DNA of 64,000 nt, taken from a virus. A program made the position numbers and the translations under genes. The stretch spans positions 20,230 through 84,229 of the IMG/VR virus record IMGVR_UViG_3300042383_000546, one strand, 5' to 3'. Of this stretch, positions 12,501 through 20,777 are shown piece after piece. The notes under the pieces are model-generated. The model worked only from the letters and a program-made list of their open reading frames with translations, made no database searches and was not told the origin of the DNA. Every line of letters starts with the position of its first letter. Positions within the stretch are counted from its first letter, which is position 1.

Positions 12501-15027
12501 CAGTGCCTGAGCTTCCACTTGACCCACTAGAGCCCGAAGTTGCTGACGTACCTGAGCTACCATTTGCCCCTGAAGTGCCTGACGAACCATTTGTTCCTGA
12601 CGAACCTGACGAGCCATCAGTTCCTGACGAGCCACTCGTTGCAGAAGTACCTGCACTACCCGAAGTAGCTGAAGTACCTGATGAGCCATCCGTTCCACTG
12701 CTGCCATTCGTTCCTGAAGTGCCTGAGCTACCTGAAGTTGCTGACGTACCACTTGAAGCTGACGTACCACTAGAAGCACTCGTGCCTGAGCTACCATTTG
12801 TACCACTAGTGCCATTCGCCCCTGAAGTACCTGACGTACCACTTGGAGGGTTAAATGTCGTTTGAGCGTATGAGTAGTTACTCGTACCCTCTGTATAAAA
12901 AGTCAAAGTCTTACTAGAACCACCATCGTGTTCTGCATAAATTTGACAATAAAGCCTGTCTGTTGCGTTTAATGCGGTTTGACCTAAAAATAAGTCTGTA
13001 AAAAACTCTTTGATTACACCTGATGCCATAGACTCAGTGTCTAGGTTTGTAGTGCCTAAAAGAGTTGAAACACCACCTGTTGTGTAACTATAAAGTTCTA
13101 TGTCTATAGCTACGTTTGCATTTGTATCAATAGAAAAGTGTGTTACCCAAGCCCAATTCCCTGCAGGAATACTTGTGAAGTTTGGAACACCTGAATCAGT
13201 TGCAAAAGTAGCAATCAGCGTTCTTACATTTTGATTACTTGTAACCGTAACAGTTGTTTCCCCTGTTGTTGTACCAATAGGAGACCATTGTTTATATGTA
13301 GGACTGCCAAAAGCAGAATTTGTATTTAAAGACTGATTTAGATAGTATACTAGACCACCTGCAACACCACTCACACCACTTGTACCTGTTGTACCTGAGC
13401 TTCCTGATGATGCGGACGTACCACTTGACGCACTTGTACCTGAGCTGCCTGAAGTTGCAGACGTGCCACTAGTACCTGATGAGCCTGAGCTACCATCCGT
13501 ACCATTTGTACCTGACGAACCTGAAGTTGCAGAAGTACCACTTGATGCACTTGTACCTGAGCTTCCACTTGAACCACTCGTGCCACTCGTACCTGTTGTT
13601 CCTGATGAGCCTGAACTTGCTGAAGTACCTGAGCTGCCACTTGAACCACTAGTGCCCGAACTTGCAGAAGTACCTGACGAACCATCAGTACCTGAGCTTC
13701 CATCCGTACCTGCCGTACCTGCAGTGCCTGACGAACCACTTGATGCAGAAGTTCCTGAACTGCCTGAAGTACCTGCCGATGCACTCGTACCTGAAGTGCC
13801 ACTTGAAGCACTCGTACCTGACGAACCATCAGTGCCTGAGCTACCATCAGTGCCTGAGCTCCCATCCGTACCACTAGTGCCTGTAGTTCCTGAAGAACCT
13901 GAACTAGCACTCGTTCCTGATGAACCACTAGAGCCTGACGTTGCAGACGTGCCTGACGTTCCTGCAGTACCTGAAGAGCCTGAACTAGCACTCGTGCCCG
14001 AAGAACCACTTGAACCTGAAGTCCCTGAGCTACCTGATGAGCCACTTGACCCTGAAGTTGCAGATGTTCCACTACTTGCAGACGTACCACTACTTGCACT
14101 CGTTCCACTAGAACCTGACGTGCCTGATGTCCCTGCCGTACCCGAAGAGCCACTTAGACTCTTTTGGTTCATAATAGCAGTGGTATTATTTATCTTTATA
14201 TATACAGGGTAAGCATCACCGACAGCGGGAGGGGTTACTGATAAGTTATTCAAACCACTTGGGTCAAAATATAGTACATCTCCCACGTTACCAACAAGAG
14301 TAGGTAAGCCACTTACGATACGACCAACGGGTCTTACACGAAGATTACCATTTTCAGGGGTATCAGCAGAAGTGACCATACCCGCTATCTGAACGATATT
14401 GGGCTCTAAAGTAGAAGTTACTTTTACAAATTTTCCTGAGCTATCTATTTTAACAAAGTCACCAACGGCAATACCTGAATAAGTATCGTCATCGGGGTCA
14501 ATGCAAAAAAAGTCAGTTATATAGTTTCTGAATCTAAACCTATCATGTAGGTCATTTAGCCAATTGGATAAGTCTCCGATTTGGCTTCTAATTTGTTCTG
14601 TTGCTACAACAATAGGTAGCCCATCGTCACCTAATCTAAAAATAACACCTACGAAACCTTCAGGTGGGAAGTTATTTCCCATTGAGGTGTTATCAACAAT
14701 AAGATTATAAAGGTCTACGTCTTGTAGAATTACGGTACAGCTTGTATTAAACTCACCGCCAATATTAGATATAGCATTAATGCGGTAGCAGTTACCATTT
14801 GGTAAGCCAAGCCACATTCCAACTTCAATATTTGTAGAAGTATAGTAAAGAGGTGGAGTAGTATCGTAACTACTCGTCTCTTGTATTTCAATAGTTAAAT
14901 CACATTCAAAAGTGAATGGAGAGCCATTCCAAGGACTAAGTGCATTTACATAGGTCGATACTACACTTGTAGAACCGAAGTTTATACTTGCAGGTATTGT
15001 AATAGGTGGTTTTATCAAACTCGCCAT
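6586..15027 (-). CDS. Giant trimeric spike/fibre adhesin (2813 aa) with C-terminal peptidase S74 intramolecular chaperone
   Basis: Two SGSSGTS tracts; about 1700 aa of ~14-residue GGxxN repeats (YadA/Hep-Hag head-like); C-terminal SSDERLKDI...IGYSAQNVQEILP...LNVDY plus coiled coil. Confidence 0.85.
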   Translation of the reverse strand: MASLIKPPITIPASINFGSTSVVSTYVNALSPWNGSPFTFECDLTIEIQETSSYDTTPPLYYTSTNIEVGMWLGLPNGNCYRINAISNIGGEFNTSCTVILQDVDLYNLIVDNTSMGNNFPPEGFVGVIFRLGDDGLPIVVATEQIRSQIGDLSNWLNDLHDRFRFRNYITDFFCIDPDDDTYSGIAVGDFVKIDSSGKFVKVTSTLEPNIVQIAGMVTSADTPENGNLRVRPVGRIVSGLPTLVGNVGDVLYFDPSGLNNLSVTPPAVGDAYPVYIKINNTTAIMNQKSLSGSSGTAGTSGTSGSSGTSASSGTSASSGTSATSGSSGSSGSSGTSGSSGSSGTSASSGSSGTAGTSGTSATSGSSGSSGTSASSGSSGTTGTSGTDGSSGTDGSSGTDGSSGTSASSGTSGTSASAGTSGSSGTSASSGSSGTAGTAGTDGSSGTDGSSGTSASSGTSGSSGSSGTSASSGSSGTTGTSGTSGSSGSSGTSASSGTSATSGSSGTNGTDGSSGSSGTSGTSATSGSSGTSASSGTSASSGSSGTTGTSGVSGVAGGLVYYLNQSLNTNSAFGSPTYKQWSPIGTTTGETTVTVTSNQNVRTLIATFATDSGVPNFTSIPAGNWAWVTHFSIDTNANVAIDIELYSYTTGGVSTLLGTTNLDTESMASGVIKEFFTDLFLGQTALNATDRLYCQIYAEHDGGSSKTLTFYTEGTSNYSYAQTTFNPPSGTSGTSGANGTSGTNGSSGTSASSGTSASSGTSATSGSSGTSGTNGSSGTDGSSGTSATSGSAGTSATSGSSGTDGSSGSSGTNGSSGTSGANGSSGTSATSGSSGSSGSSGTAGENGTSGTSGSSGTSATSGSSGSSGTSGVNGSSGTSGSSGSSGTSGSSGTSATSGSSGSSGSSGSSGTSGNSGTSGSSGTSASSGTSGSSGTSGSSGSSGSSGTSGSSGSSGSSGTSGSSGTNGSSGSSGSSGVGAVIVLGAGGCSSVRCGVSNSATGTYTGNLAGLSNTIGGTAYNIVVGGNNNTASGTYYAFIGNGGANTANGNVSFIGTGVNNVASGEYSFVGNGIGNAASGARSFVGGGCSNTASGACSFVGGGQANTVSNGFAVVAGGLSNTACGLCSTIGGGYLNRVCNYSFVGGGHCNAAIAITSTVSGGYRNTASGTYDATIGGGANNTVTGCRAATVSGGASNSASAPFAIVGGGTNNVASGCMSFLGGGCGNTVSGGYASSLLGGCSNTAAGTRSTIGGGLLNTVTGASGTIAGGEVNCICSAGIFGFIGGGYCSVVSGCSASVLGGRANTASANCSTVSGGSNNAASGIQSTIGGGVYNTSSQASSTVGGGAVNSASSWYSTISGGYCNSICHSTAQNCSGYSVIAGGLGNNTCGGTWNGSNGWTVAPTKVNVGCLSFIGGGFQNRATNAYASVVGGFTNTASGYSSIVSGGSCNIVTVAYSNISGGICNCVTADAYSGIGSGLRNCVLNGKSFIGGGRENTISGQYAFIGSGYGNTASGYQGIVVGGSGNSASGARSFVGGGSSNAASGIRAVVGGGNSGTASGNYSTIAGGRANTASGYRGSVGGGGGNTASGYAATVGGGYANAATTDHATVSGGGGNVACACRATVSGGWSNTASGACSFVGGGCGNRATGSGTTVSGGYGNQANGSQSTVSGGYVNIAGGQRSAIVGGRLNSASNTYGFSGGGFCNKSEGYSSTISGGYKNCVNGNDGFIGGGVCNILYCATATTCTAGATIAGGVGNNTSGGTWSANGFFSVAPTTLYAAGQLSTIGGGFQNRAGGTVSTIGGGQNNSALGGFSTIGGGSNNIVCVIGANAYSTIGGGQGNTLSSQYGGLIAGGTSNTASGYYVTIGGGRSNNAPAGTSTISGGKCNTSSGGYSSIGGGISNISSGACSTIGGGQTNTSSGGHTVVVGGVNNTASGCRAFVGGGLSNLAFGNNTTVGGGLYNCACGNESGSLSGLYNLASGAVAIVAGGRSNTASGGCSAIGGGRANTASGGASTVSGSYNVSSATNSTVAGGQNNTASGAFSFIGGGCVNVANSTNSTVAGGRNNRACATFATVSGGYANASSGESSTISGGFINTASGACSTIGGGLCNTASGRDSSIGGGNLNRACGCGLHVIGGGYNNTASGNYYSSVLSGESSTATGRNSVITGGYLNTSSGNYSFVGGGQSNTASGSRSAVGGGQSNTASGCFSSVGGGCNNTASGVYSVVGGRQNLASAAHSVVSGGVVNIACGDTSTVSGGYSNLASGSWSFVGGGYDVTASSSDSVAAGGRSNTASGACSFVGGGQQNAASGAHSTVGGGQLNTASGGQSTVSGGKLNSAIGICSTVSGGYNNRACAGFTTIAGGHNNLVSSITGTIGGGYTNTSSGTYDATIAGGALNVASGNKSTVGGGQSNTSSGASATIGGGLSNTASGACSTVSGGQGNVTCAGFGSIGGGVNNKACGGGATVAGGNANTASGYNAFVGSGFLNTASGYRATIGGGDTNTASGDRSFVGGGVSNTASSTFSTVSGGCANSATATRATVSGGFGNLASGDRATVGGGGTNCALNTADTVAGGINNRACAAYSTVSGGYNNSALGYMSVVGGACVNTASGNTSVVAGGRTNTASGSCSFVGGGNGNIASNFYSTVSGGLSNTSSGCHSFVGGGNGNTVSGIYSAILGGKNVTVSGAYSGGGGVCFTGGCSSTFYWNNFCAISCMWAQAYFESSDERLKDIHCRVNSFDNINPIYFKWKEGDSSRINIGYSAQNVQEILPDTVRTDEKGKLNVDYHQVHIYKMMTLEERIAKLEEKLKKYEA
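6960..12090 (-). repeat. Coding repeat: ~42-bp (14-aa) S-x-[VI]-x-G-G-x-x-N-x-A-S-G units
   Basis: Visible in the translation and as recurring 'ccacc...cctgatgc' DNA. Confidence 0.9.
12100..12845 (-). repeat. Coding repeat: Ser/Gly/Thr tripeptide tract 2
   Basis: (SGS/SGT/SAT/NGS)n, 9-bp periodicity. Confidence 0.9.
13365..14155 (-). repeat. Coding repeat: Ser/Gly/Thr tripeptide tract 1
   Basis: (SGS/SGT/SAS/DGS)n, 9-bp periodicity. Confidence 0.9.
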
Positions 15028-15035
15028 ACATCAGA

Positions 15036-15782
15036 TTAAACTTTTGCGAAGAAATAGATTGTCATAGTAGAAGCACCTACTGTAGCATATCCTGCCAAAG
15101 TACCCGATAAACTATAAAAAGTTACTGTAGTATACCCGCTATCTTGGAACATAGAATAGTTACCTGTGGTGTTACCCGTAAAAGTTCTTGTAAGCACATT
15201 CGCTCCATTGACACCATTTGTCCACGCACTTGTAATTACATTCCCTAATGGATGACCAATAGTAAACTGACTTCCTGAATCAATTGTAAATGACCAACCT
15301 GCTGCACCAATTAAACTTGTACCTACAGGGTCTGTTGCACTTGCTACACTATCTAAAGCACCATTCACAGTATTGATTACAACCGTAAATGTTTTCAAAG
15401 TACCCGCTGCACTCACACCGCTAGTACCTGTAAGACCTGAGCTGCCTGAAGTTCCTGAAGAACCTAAAGCACTCGTTCCTGAAGAACCTGCTGTTCCTGC
15501 TGTGCCACTTACCCCTGAACTTCCTGAAGCACCTGAGCTACCACTTGAGCCACTACTTCCGCTTGAAGCAGACGTACCGCTAGTGCCTGTAAGACCTGCA
15601 GTGCCTGAGCTACCTGAACTTGCAGAAGTGCCTGAGCTGCCACTAGTACCCGAAGTACCCATACCCGAAGTACCACTTGTACCAAAGGTTTGACCACTAG
15701 TACCTGAAGAGCCCGAAGCTCCACCTCCACCGCTACCGCCTGAAGTAAACCCAAAATAGTCTGTGCCTAGAAAGTTGCTCAT
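15036..15782 (-). CDS. Ser/Gly/Thr-repeat virion protein (short fibre-like) with beta-rich C-terminus
   Basis: Same SGTSG repeats as the fibre; adjacent and co-oriented. Confidence 0.7.
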   Translation of the reverse strand: MSNFLGTDYFGFTSGGSGGGGASGSSGTSGQTFGTSGTSGMGTSGTSGSSGTSASSGSSGTAGLTGTSGTSASSGSSGSSGSSGASGSSGVSGTAGTAGSSGTSALGSSGTSGSSGLTGTSGVSAAGTLKTFTVVINTVNGALDSVASATDPVGTSLIGAAGWSFTIDSGSQFTIGHPLGNVITSAWTNGVNGANVLTRTFTGNTTGNYSMFQDSGYTTVTFYSLSGTLAGYATVGASTMTIYFFAKV

Positions 15783-15792
15783 TATAATTTAT

Positions 15793-16191
15793 TTACACTT
15801 TTATTAATTCAGTTAGATATACCTCTTTAACAAATTTACCTGCATTAAATAGAAAGAATCTGCACATTTCGTCATCTTCTTTATCTAAATAAACACAGAC
15901 ATCAACTTGTTCGCTACCCAACTCCTCTTTAAATCCGTTTAAGAACCCTATGATATGTGGGGGAACAAAAACTGTATACCCTTTCAAATCAAATTTTACG
16001 TTCAAAATATCTTTTAAACTAACCTCTTTTACAGGTTGGTTATTGTAACACACTTTATATCCTTCCTCCTCTTCGCCTTTAAGATACAACATTAAAGACA
16101 CTTCACTTTCCTCTTTTTTTGATTCTGCAGCATATCTTTTTATGCCTTTACAGAATATTTTTGTTGCTTCACTGATAATGAAATCTTGCAT
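15793..16191 (-). CDS. Hypothetical protein
   Basis: 132-aa ORF in operon. Confidence 0.7.
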   Translation of the reverse strand: MQDFIISEATKIFCKGIKRYAAESKKEESEVSLMLYLKGEEEEGYKVCYNNQPVKEVSLKDILNVKFDLKGYTVFVPPHIIGFLNGFKEELGSEQVDVCVYLDKEDDEMCRFFLFNAGKFVKEVYLTELIKV

Positions 16192-16222
16192 TTTTATGGT
16201 TTTTTTTTGTGTAAGAAAATAT

Positions 16223-16501
16223 TTATGACTTCGATATAACTATTTCCGCTATGTCCCCTGATGTACCCGCATCAATCGTAACTCCGTCAATCGGGTTAGA
16301 TACAACCGATGCTGTGATTGTAACACCTTGTCCTTCGTTTAAGGTTACAGGGTCAGAAGCAATACCTTGAAATGTACCGCTACCTGCTACTGTTATTGTA
16401 CCTAAACGACAAATAACGCTTAGTCTCACTGCATTGTCTGATGCAGCTACTGATAAGCTATCATTGGTAAGGGTGTATGTCCAAATGTTAGTTGCTCCCA
16501 T
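16223..16501 (-). CDS. Small beta-rich putative virion protein
   Basis: 92 aa; T/S/V/I-rich alternating pattern. Confidence 0.55.
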   Translation of the reverse strand: MGATNIWTYTLTNDSLSVAASDNAVRLSVICRLGTITVAGSGTFQGIASDPVTLNEGQGVTITASVVSNPIDGVTIDAGTSGDIAEIVISKS

Positions 16502-16505
16502 TTTA

Positions 16506-16994
16506 TTATTTTATTAAGTTCTTAAAATTATTTTTATACTCAAAAGGTATGGTTGTCTTTATAAATCCACTTTCCACCTTCACATAGCCTTTTGCCTCAA
16601 AAGTCATATCTTTTGCTGCAATAGTCAGTGTTACTAAATTCACTAAATTACCTAGAACAAGTCTAGGGTCAAAGCTAAATCTATACGTTGCATCTGTAGT
16701 CTTTGCAGGTAAAACAACTATATCTTTCACATCGTTTACGTTACCTACTTTGATACCATTGATAGTAAAATCAAGATACATTTCCTTAATGGTAGCCTCT
16801 ACATTTGAAGCGTTATAGATTCTATTAGTAATGTCCAAAGATATGTTATCCATAGATATTTTAACAACTTTAAGACCTACTACTTGATAAGTAATATCCT
16901 TTAAGAAGTTAATCTGCTGCTTATAATAGCGAACAAGGGCATAACCTATTACGGCTAACCCTGATATTACTAATAGTGGTTTTAAATTTTTCAT
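16506..16994 (-). CDS. Membrane-anchored LEA_2/WHy-like protein
   Basis: N-terminal TM; IYNASNVEATIKEMYLDFTINGIKVG pattern. Confidence 0.6.
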   Translation of the reverse strand: MKNLKPLLVISGLAVIGYALVRYYKQQINFLKDITYQVVGLKVVKISMDNISLDITNRIYNASNVEATIKEMYLDFTINGIKVGNVNDVKDIVVLPAKTTDATYRFSFDPRLVLGNLVNLVTLTIAAKDMTFEAKGYVKVESGFIKTTIPFEYKNNFKNLIK

Positions 16995-17593
16995 TTCTTG
17001 AAAATTAACGCAATTACTACGAGTGCACCTATGCCAATTCCACCGTAAATTAATAAATTTTTGTTTACTCCACCTACAGTTTTTGTATCACCTCCCATAT
17101 CAAGACCAACTAAATCACCTTTTGCTTTGTTCACGCTAGTATCTGATACGGTTGTAAGGGTATCTAAGAGGTCTTTCCTTTCTTTTTCTTTCTTTTCGGC
17201 TTCAGCTTTATTTACGCAATCATACTGATTTCTAAGCATTTTTGCATTAGCTTCTGCCTCAATTGCAAACTTTCTTTGAATAGGTAATTCAAAAGCATTA
17301 CTTGAAGCCATGAGCTTTGTAATTCTTTCTCTTTCTACCATAGCGTCTTGAAGTAGTAAATCAATACCTCCACAGGTTTTTGTATCATATCTAGCCCACT
17401 TTGCTTTAGCGTCTTTCTCTACTTGAGCAATAGACTCTTTACGCTTTTTGCTACCAAATAGGCTATAAAACTGCTCTTCACCTGTAAAACAAGCATATCC
17501 ATTAGTTTTTTCGTCTACAAAGCATCTGTCGTTACCTACTCTTGAAGGAGCTAGAGCACTAAGCTCATTATTTTCAATCATGTCTATAGCCAT
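16991..17593 (-). CDS. Putative virion membrane protein (C-terminal anchor)
   Basis: LLIYGGIGIGALVVIALIFKK end; contains FTGEE motif. Confidence 0.65.
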   Translation of the reverse strand: MAIDMIENNELSALAPSRVGNDRCFVDEKTNGYACFTGEEQFYSLFGSKKRKESIAQVEKDAKAKWARYDTKTCGGIDLLLQDAMVERERITKLMASSNAFELPIQRKFAIEAEANAKMLRNQYDCVNKAEAEKKEKERKDLLDTLTTVSDTSVNKAKGDLVGLDMGGDTKTVGGVNKNLLIYGGIGIGALVVIALIFKK

Positions 17594-17602
17594 AACCTTA
17601 TT

Positions 17603-18112
17603 TTATATTGTGTATTTAATCTTTTTAGCAGCCCAATCCTTATTTATGTTACTTACTCTATAAGAGGTTAAGCCAAAATATTCGTTACCTAATTCCTTCT
17701 TAACATAAGTCAATAAGTCCATTTTATCACCCACAGGTATACCAAAAGCATAGTCCTGACGGCTACCAAATGATTTAATGAGTTTGGCAACATCTAGGTC
17801 ATTTTTCATTTTTTTCAATGAATCTTGAACTGCAGCATAGTCATCACCAACGGCAAATCTCATGCTATTGTATATAGTATTAGCCAAAGTATCATATGTG
17901 CTATCGGGATAACTAGCCTTTTGAAATCTTTGTAGATTTGAAATTTCGCTGTTTATGTTTCTACCTAGTTCAGCGTTTCTTTTTGCCTCTTCCGAAGGAA
18001 ATACAATCGTGTAAAGTTTCTTACCAACGAAAAATAGGGCTGCAGCACCGCCAACTACAACGATACCTTTAGCCCATTGAGGTAAATCTTTATAATACTG
18101 ATATACTTTCAT
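17603..18112 (-). CDS. Membrane-anchored protein with possible annexin-like repeat
   Basis: N-terminal TM; LANTIYNSMRFAVGDDYAAVQDSL...DLLTYVKKEL. Confidence 0.55.
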   Translation of the reverse strand: MKVYQYYKDLPQWAKGIVVVGGAAALFFVGKKLYTIVFPSEEAKRNAELGRNINSEISNLQRFQKASYPDSTYDTLANTIYNSMRFAVGDDYAAVQDSLKKMKNDLDVAKLIKSFGSRQDYAFGIPVGDKMDLLTYVKKELGNEYFGLTSYRVSNINKDWAAKKIKYTI

Positions 18113-18122
18113 AATATTTTTT

Positions 18123-18377
18123 TTATCTTACTGCCCTACCACCCTTAGTATTAATAGTTTTACCATTATACTCAAATGTAGGTATATTGTTTTTTGCTGC
18201 TTTAGACCAAACTCTTAAAAAAGCCATGTCAAACTTTTTAAGGTCTTCTAACGTTCCCGTACTAGCGTCCGCTTTTTTGATTGCTCTAGCATAAGCATTT
18301 TTAGAGAAATACATATAGTAAGCTCCATAAGCTACTACTGCGTAAAGACCAACGTAAAAAACTAATTTTTTATTCAT
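18123..18377 (-). CDS. Small membrane protein
   Basis: N-terminal TM. Confidence 0.65.
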   Translation of the reverse strand: MNKKLVFYVGLYAVVAYGAYYMYFSKNAYARAIKKADASTGTLEDLKKFDMAFLRVWSKAAKNNIPTFEYNGKTINTKGGRAVR

Positions 18378-18386
18378 AACTTTTTT

Positions 18387-18911
18387 TTATATATACCTAA
18401 ATTTATATCCGCTACAAGATTTAGATACACCTCTTAAATTCTGACTTATTGCAGTAGCAGAAACACCAAATTCTTTAGATGTTTCTTTTATGCCATTACA
18501 AAATCTAATATGATTACCTTTTAAATCCATTTGCTCAAATTTAACTCTTAAAAGTAATCCGTTTTTACTTGTATCAATTAATTTATTTTTTATGGCATGG
18601 ACAATTTGCTCTCTATGAGTAGCCCATTCTAAATTTTCAACTCTATTGTCTTTCTTATTACCATTAATATGATTCACAGTTGGTTTTCCATCAGAATTTT
18701 CTATAAATGCTTCAGCAACTAACCTATGAGCAAAAACTAATTTCACACCATCTTCATTTCTAATTTTACATTTTATATAGCCTCTAACATTAGTACCATT
18801 AACTTTTACCCAATTGCCCTCAAGGTTTTTTTGACATAAAGATTTACTATATACATTTCCATGAATATCTACCTTATAGTTCGGGTATTTGTATACAATT
18901 TTGTCTTCCAT
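18387..18911 (-). CDS. HNH homing endonuclease (NUMOD4-HNH-NUMOD1 type)
   Basis: HRLVAEAFIEN..KPTVNHINGNKKDNRVENLEW; C-terminal NUMOD1-like helix; more AT-rich than neighbours. Confidence 0.9.
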   Translation of the reverse strand: MEDKIVYKYPNYKVDIHGNVYSKSLCQKNLEGNWVKVNGTNVRGYIKCKIRNEDGVKLVFAHRLVAEAFIENSDGKPTVNHINGNKKDNRVENLEWATHREQIVHAIKNKLIDTSKNGLLLRVKFEQMDLKGNHIRFCNGIKETSKEFGVSATAISQNLRGVSKSCSGYKFRYI

Positions 18912-18918
18912 CTTATAA

Positions 18919-19722
18919 TTAATTGCCTGAAGCGTAAACGTCTTTAATATTATATTCAGCTATATAGTCCTTAATAAACTTATCGATGATTTGGTATCTT
19001 ATTTTATTTTCGGGACTAGGAAACCCTATAAATGTTTCTCCAAATGCAGCATAAGCCTCCTTGATTGGATAGCCTAAGCCTAAATATATTGTAAGACCGT
19101 TTAAGTCTGCTTCAGTTTCGTTTGCTATATCACTATTCACATAGTAGTGGCTAAACTCATGGAGTAAAATTGCCATTCTCATAGGAATAGTAAAAGGCAC
19201 AAAGGCTTCCTGAGAAACTTGTATTCTACCATTTTTTGTGCTGATACGAGCAGGTGTAGCCATTTTCTGACCTTTACTGCTAATAATAAAAGGTAAATAT
19301 TCAATTTTGAAATTACCTGCAGCACTTACATAATCTTTTTTAGAAGATAACGAACCTGCATTATAACAGAACTTTTGAGCAAAAGCAACGAAGTTTCTTA
19401 CAAGTGGAGTGTCCATTTTGGTTTTACCCAAAGTAATATCTAGCTCCTCTCTTTTTACTTCTAGTACTTCAAAAGTAGGGTCTTCACCCTTTTTCTTATT
19501 ACCATTCTTTTCATTATAGATGTCCAAAATACAAGTGTTTGGAGCTAAAGGCATCCTAACATATAATTCTTGAGTTCCATCTATTGTTTTAGTTCTATTG
19601 GTAAAATAGGTATTAGCCTGACCCTTATCATACACCTTTAATACAATAACTTGAGGACTAGTCGTTTTCACTACTACCTTCACTTTGCAGGGGGCAAATC
19701 TCGTCCACAGGTTATATTGCAT
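18919..19722 (-). CDS. Zinc metallopeptidase (HExxH), candidate virion maturation protease
   Basis: ILLHEFSHY...ETEADLNG zincin motif; located in the structural operon. The role is inferred. Confidence 0.7.
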   Translation of the reverse strand: MQYNLWTRFAPCKVKVVVKTTSPQVIVLKVYDKGQANTYFTNRTKTIDGTQELYVRMPLAPNTCILDIYNEKNGNKKKGEDPTFEVLEVKREELDITLGKTKMDTPLVRNFVAFAQKFCYNAGSLSSKKDYVSAAGNFKIEYLPFIISSKGQKMATPARISTKNGRIQVSQEAFVPFTIPMRMAILLHEFSHYYVNSDIANETEADLNGLTIYLGLGYPIKEAYAAFGETFIGFPSPENKIRYQIIDKFIKDYIAEYNIKDVYASGN

Positions 19723-20017
19723 CAGTATACAATGGGGTTTTTATTTTATCAGGATTTATACGACTTCTACGTTTTTGAGACTCCATAGCTTTTTCTTTTA
19801 CCGCCTTACTAGCTTGTACGGGAGGTAACACAACTTCAAAATCTCTTAAAAAAGCATTCGTATACTTTGAAGATTCTACGTTTGTAGCATCAGCAATAAC
19901 TTCTTTTACTTCAGCGTCTGTCATTAAACTAGCAGAAGGTTTTTTGAAACCTCTGTAATATAAGTGAGCAGCAATACCGCCTACTAAAACTCCAATAAGT
20001 ACATCACCTATTTTCAT
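19712..20017 (-). CDS. Small membrane protein
   Basis: N-terminal TM. Confidence 0.65.
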   Translation of the reverse strand: MKIGDVLIGVLVGGIAAHLYYRGFKKPSASLMTDAEVKEVIADATNVESSKYTNAFLRDFEVVLPPVQASKAVKEKAMESQKRRSRINPDKIKTPLYTDAI

Positions 20018-20018
20018 A

Positions 20019-20318
20019 TTATTTCTTTTTCATGATTTGACGAGCTACTACAGCTAACAAAATAATACCACCCACGATATATAAAGTCTTTACAGGCATT
20101 CCTAAAACTGTTTTTCCCATGTCTTTTTCTTTAGTTTTAAATTTATTTAAAGTTAAATTAATTTCTTGATTTAACCCATCATTCAAAGGGAAAATCCCTT
20201 TTGTTTTTTCTCTTGTAAGCCACTCAGAGAAATTGAGTGTACCGCCATCTTCTTTGTAAATTTTGAAAAGCTGATTTGCGGTTAGTGTCTTGTCCAAATC
20301 AATTTGACTTTCTGCCAT
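20019..20318 (-). CDS. Small membrane protein (C-terminal anchor)
   Basis: LYIVGGIILLAVVARQIMKKK. Confidence 0.65.
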   Translation of the reverse strand: MAESQIDLDKTLTANQLFKIYKEDGGTLNFSEWLTREKTKGIFPLNDGLNQEINLTLNKFKTKEKDMGKTVLGMPVKTLYIVGGIILLAVVARQIMKKK

Positions 20319-20326
20319 ATTTATGT

Positions 20327-20776
20327 TTATTTTTTGAATAAGTACAAAGAAGAAGCAAAACCTATCATGTTATTACCATCTTCAGAAACTTGATACCAAC
20401 CTGCAACCTGAGAAGGACTGCCGTAAAGGGTACTTCCGTTTGCTATCTTCTTCACTATTTCAGACTTTGCACTTGGGGTCTTTCTAATATTTAGATTACT
20501 ACCTAGTGTTTTAACCTGAAGGGCTTGTTTTGAGCCTGTGTTTAAGAATAAAGCAGCTAATGGATTTGTAAGTGCTAGATTAGCAGATACAAGTGCCTTT
20601 TTTTGCTCATCTGTTAATTCAGTAGATGTTGAAGCTGTAGGGTCAATAGTTATAGTTTCTCCTTCAACTTTTGGAGCATCTTTTTTGCCGAATAGCTTTC
20701 CTCTAAAAGCATAGAGTAAACCACCTACAGCTAATACACTTGCAACCCCGATTAATATTTTTGTATTCTTTTCCAT
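20327..20776 (-). CDS. Membrane-anchored bacterial SH3 (SH3b) domain protein
   Basis: N-terminal TM; LNIRKTPS..SEIV...GWYQV...GFASSLYL. Confidence 0.8.
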   Translation of the reverse strand: MEKNTKILIGVASVLAVGGLLYAFRGKLFGKKDAPKVEGETITIDPTASTSTELTDEQKKALVSANLALTNPLAALFLNTGSKQALQVKTLGSNLNIRKTPSAKSEIVKKIANGSTLYGSPSQVAGWYQVSEDGNNMIGFASSLYLFKK

Positions 20777-20777
20777 T

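Noticed and set aside
7295-15754. Long + strand and alternate-frame ORFs inside the fibre and SGT genes (e.g. 8696-9262, 11993-12865, 13371-14153, 13463-14212)
   Set aside because: They are shadows of Gly/Ser/Thr codon repeats that lack stop codons; the translations are VPEL/PPP or VRQV low-complexity strings
18387-18911. Intron-encoded status of the HNH gene
   Set aside because: The flanking genes look intact with only 7-9 nt gaps, leaving no room for intron core structure; it is a free-standing endonuclease
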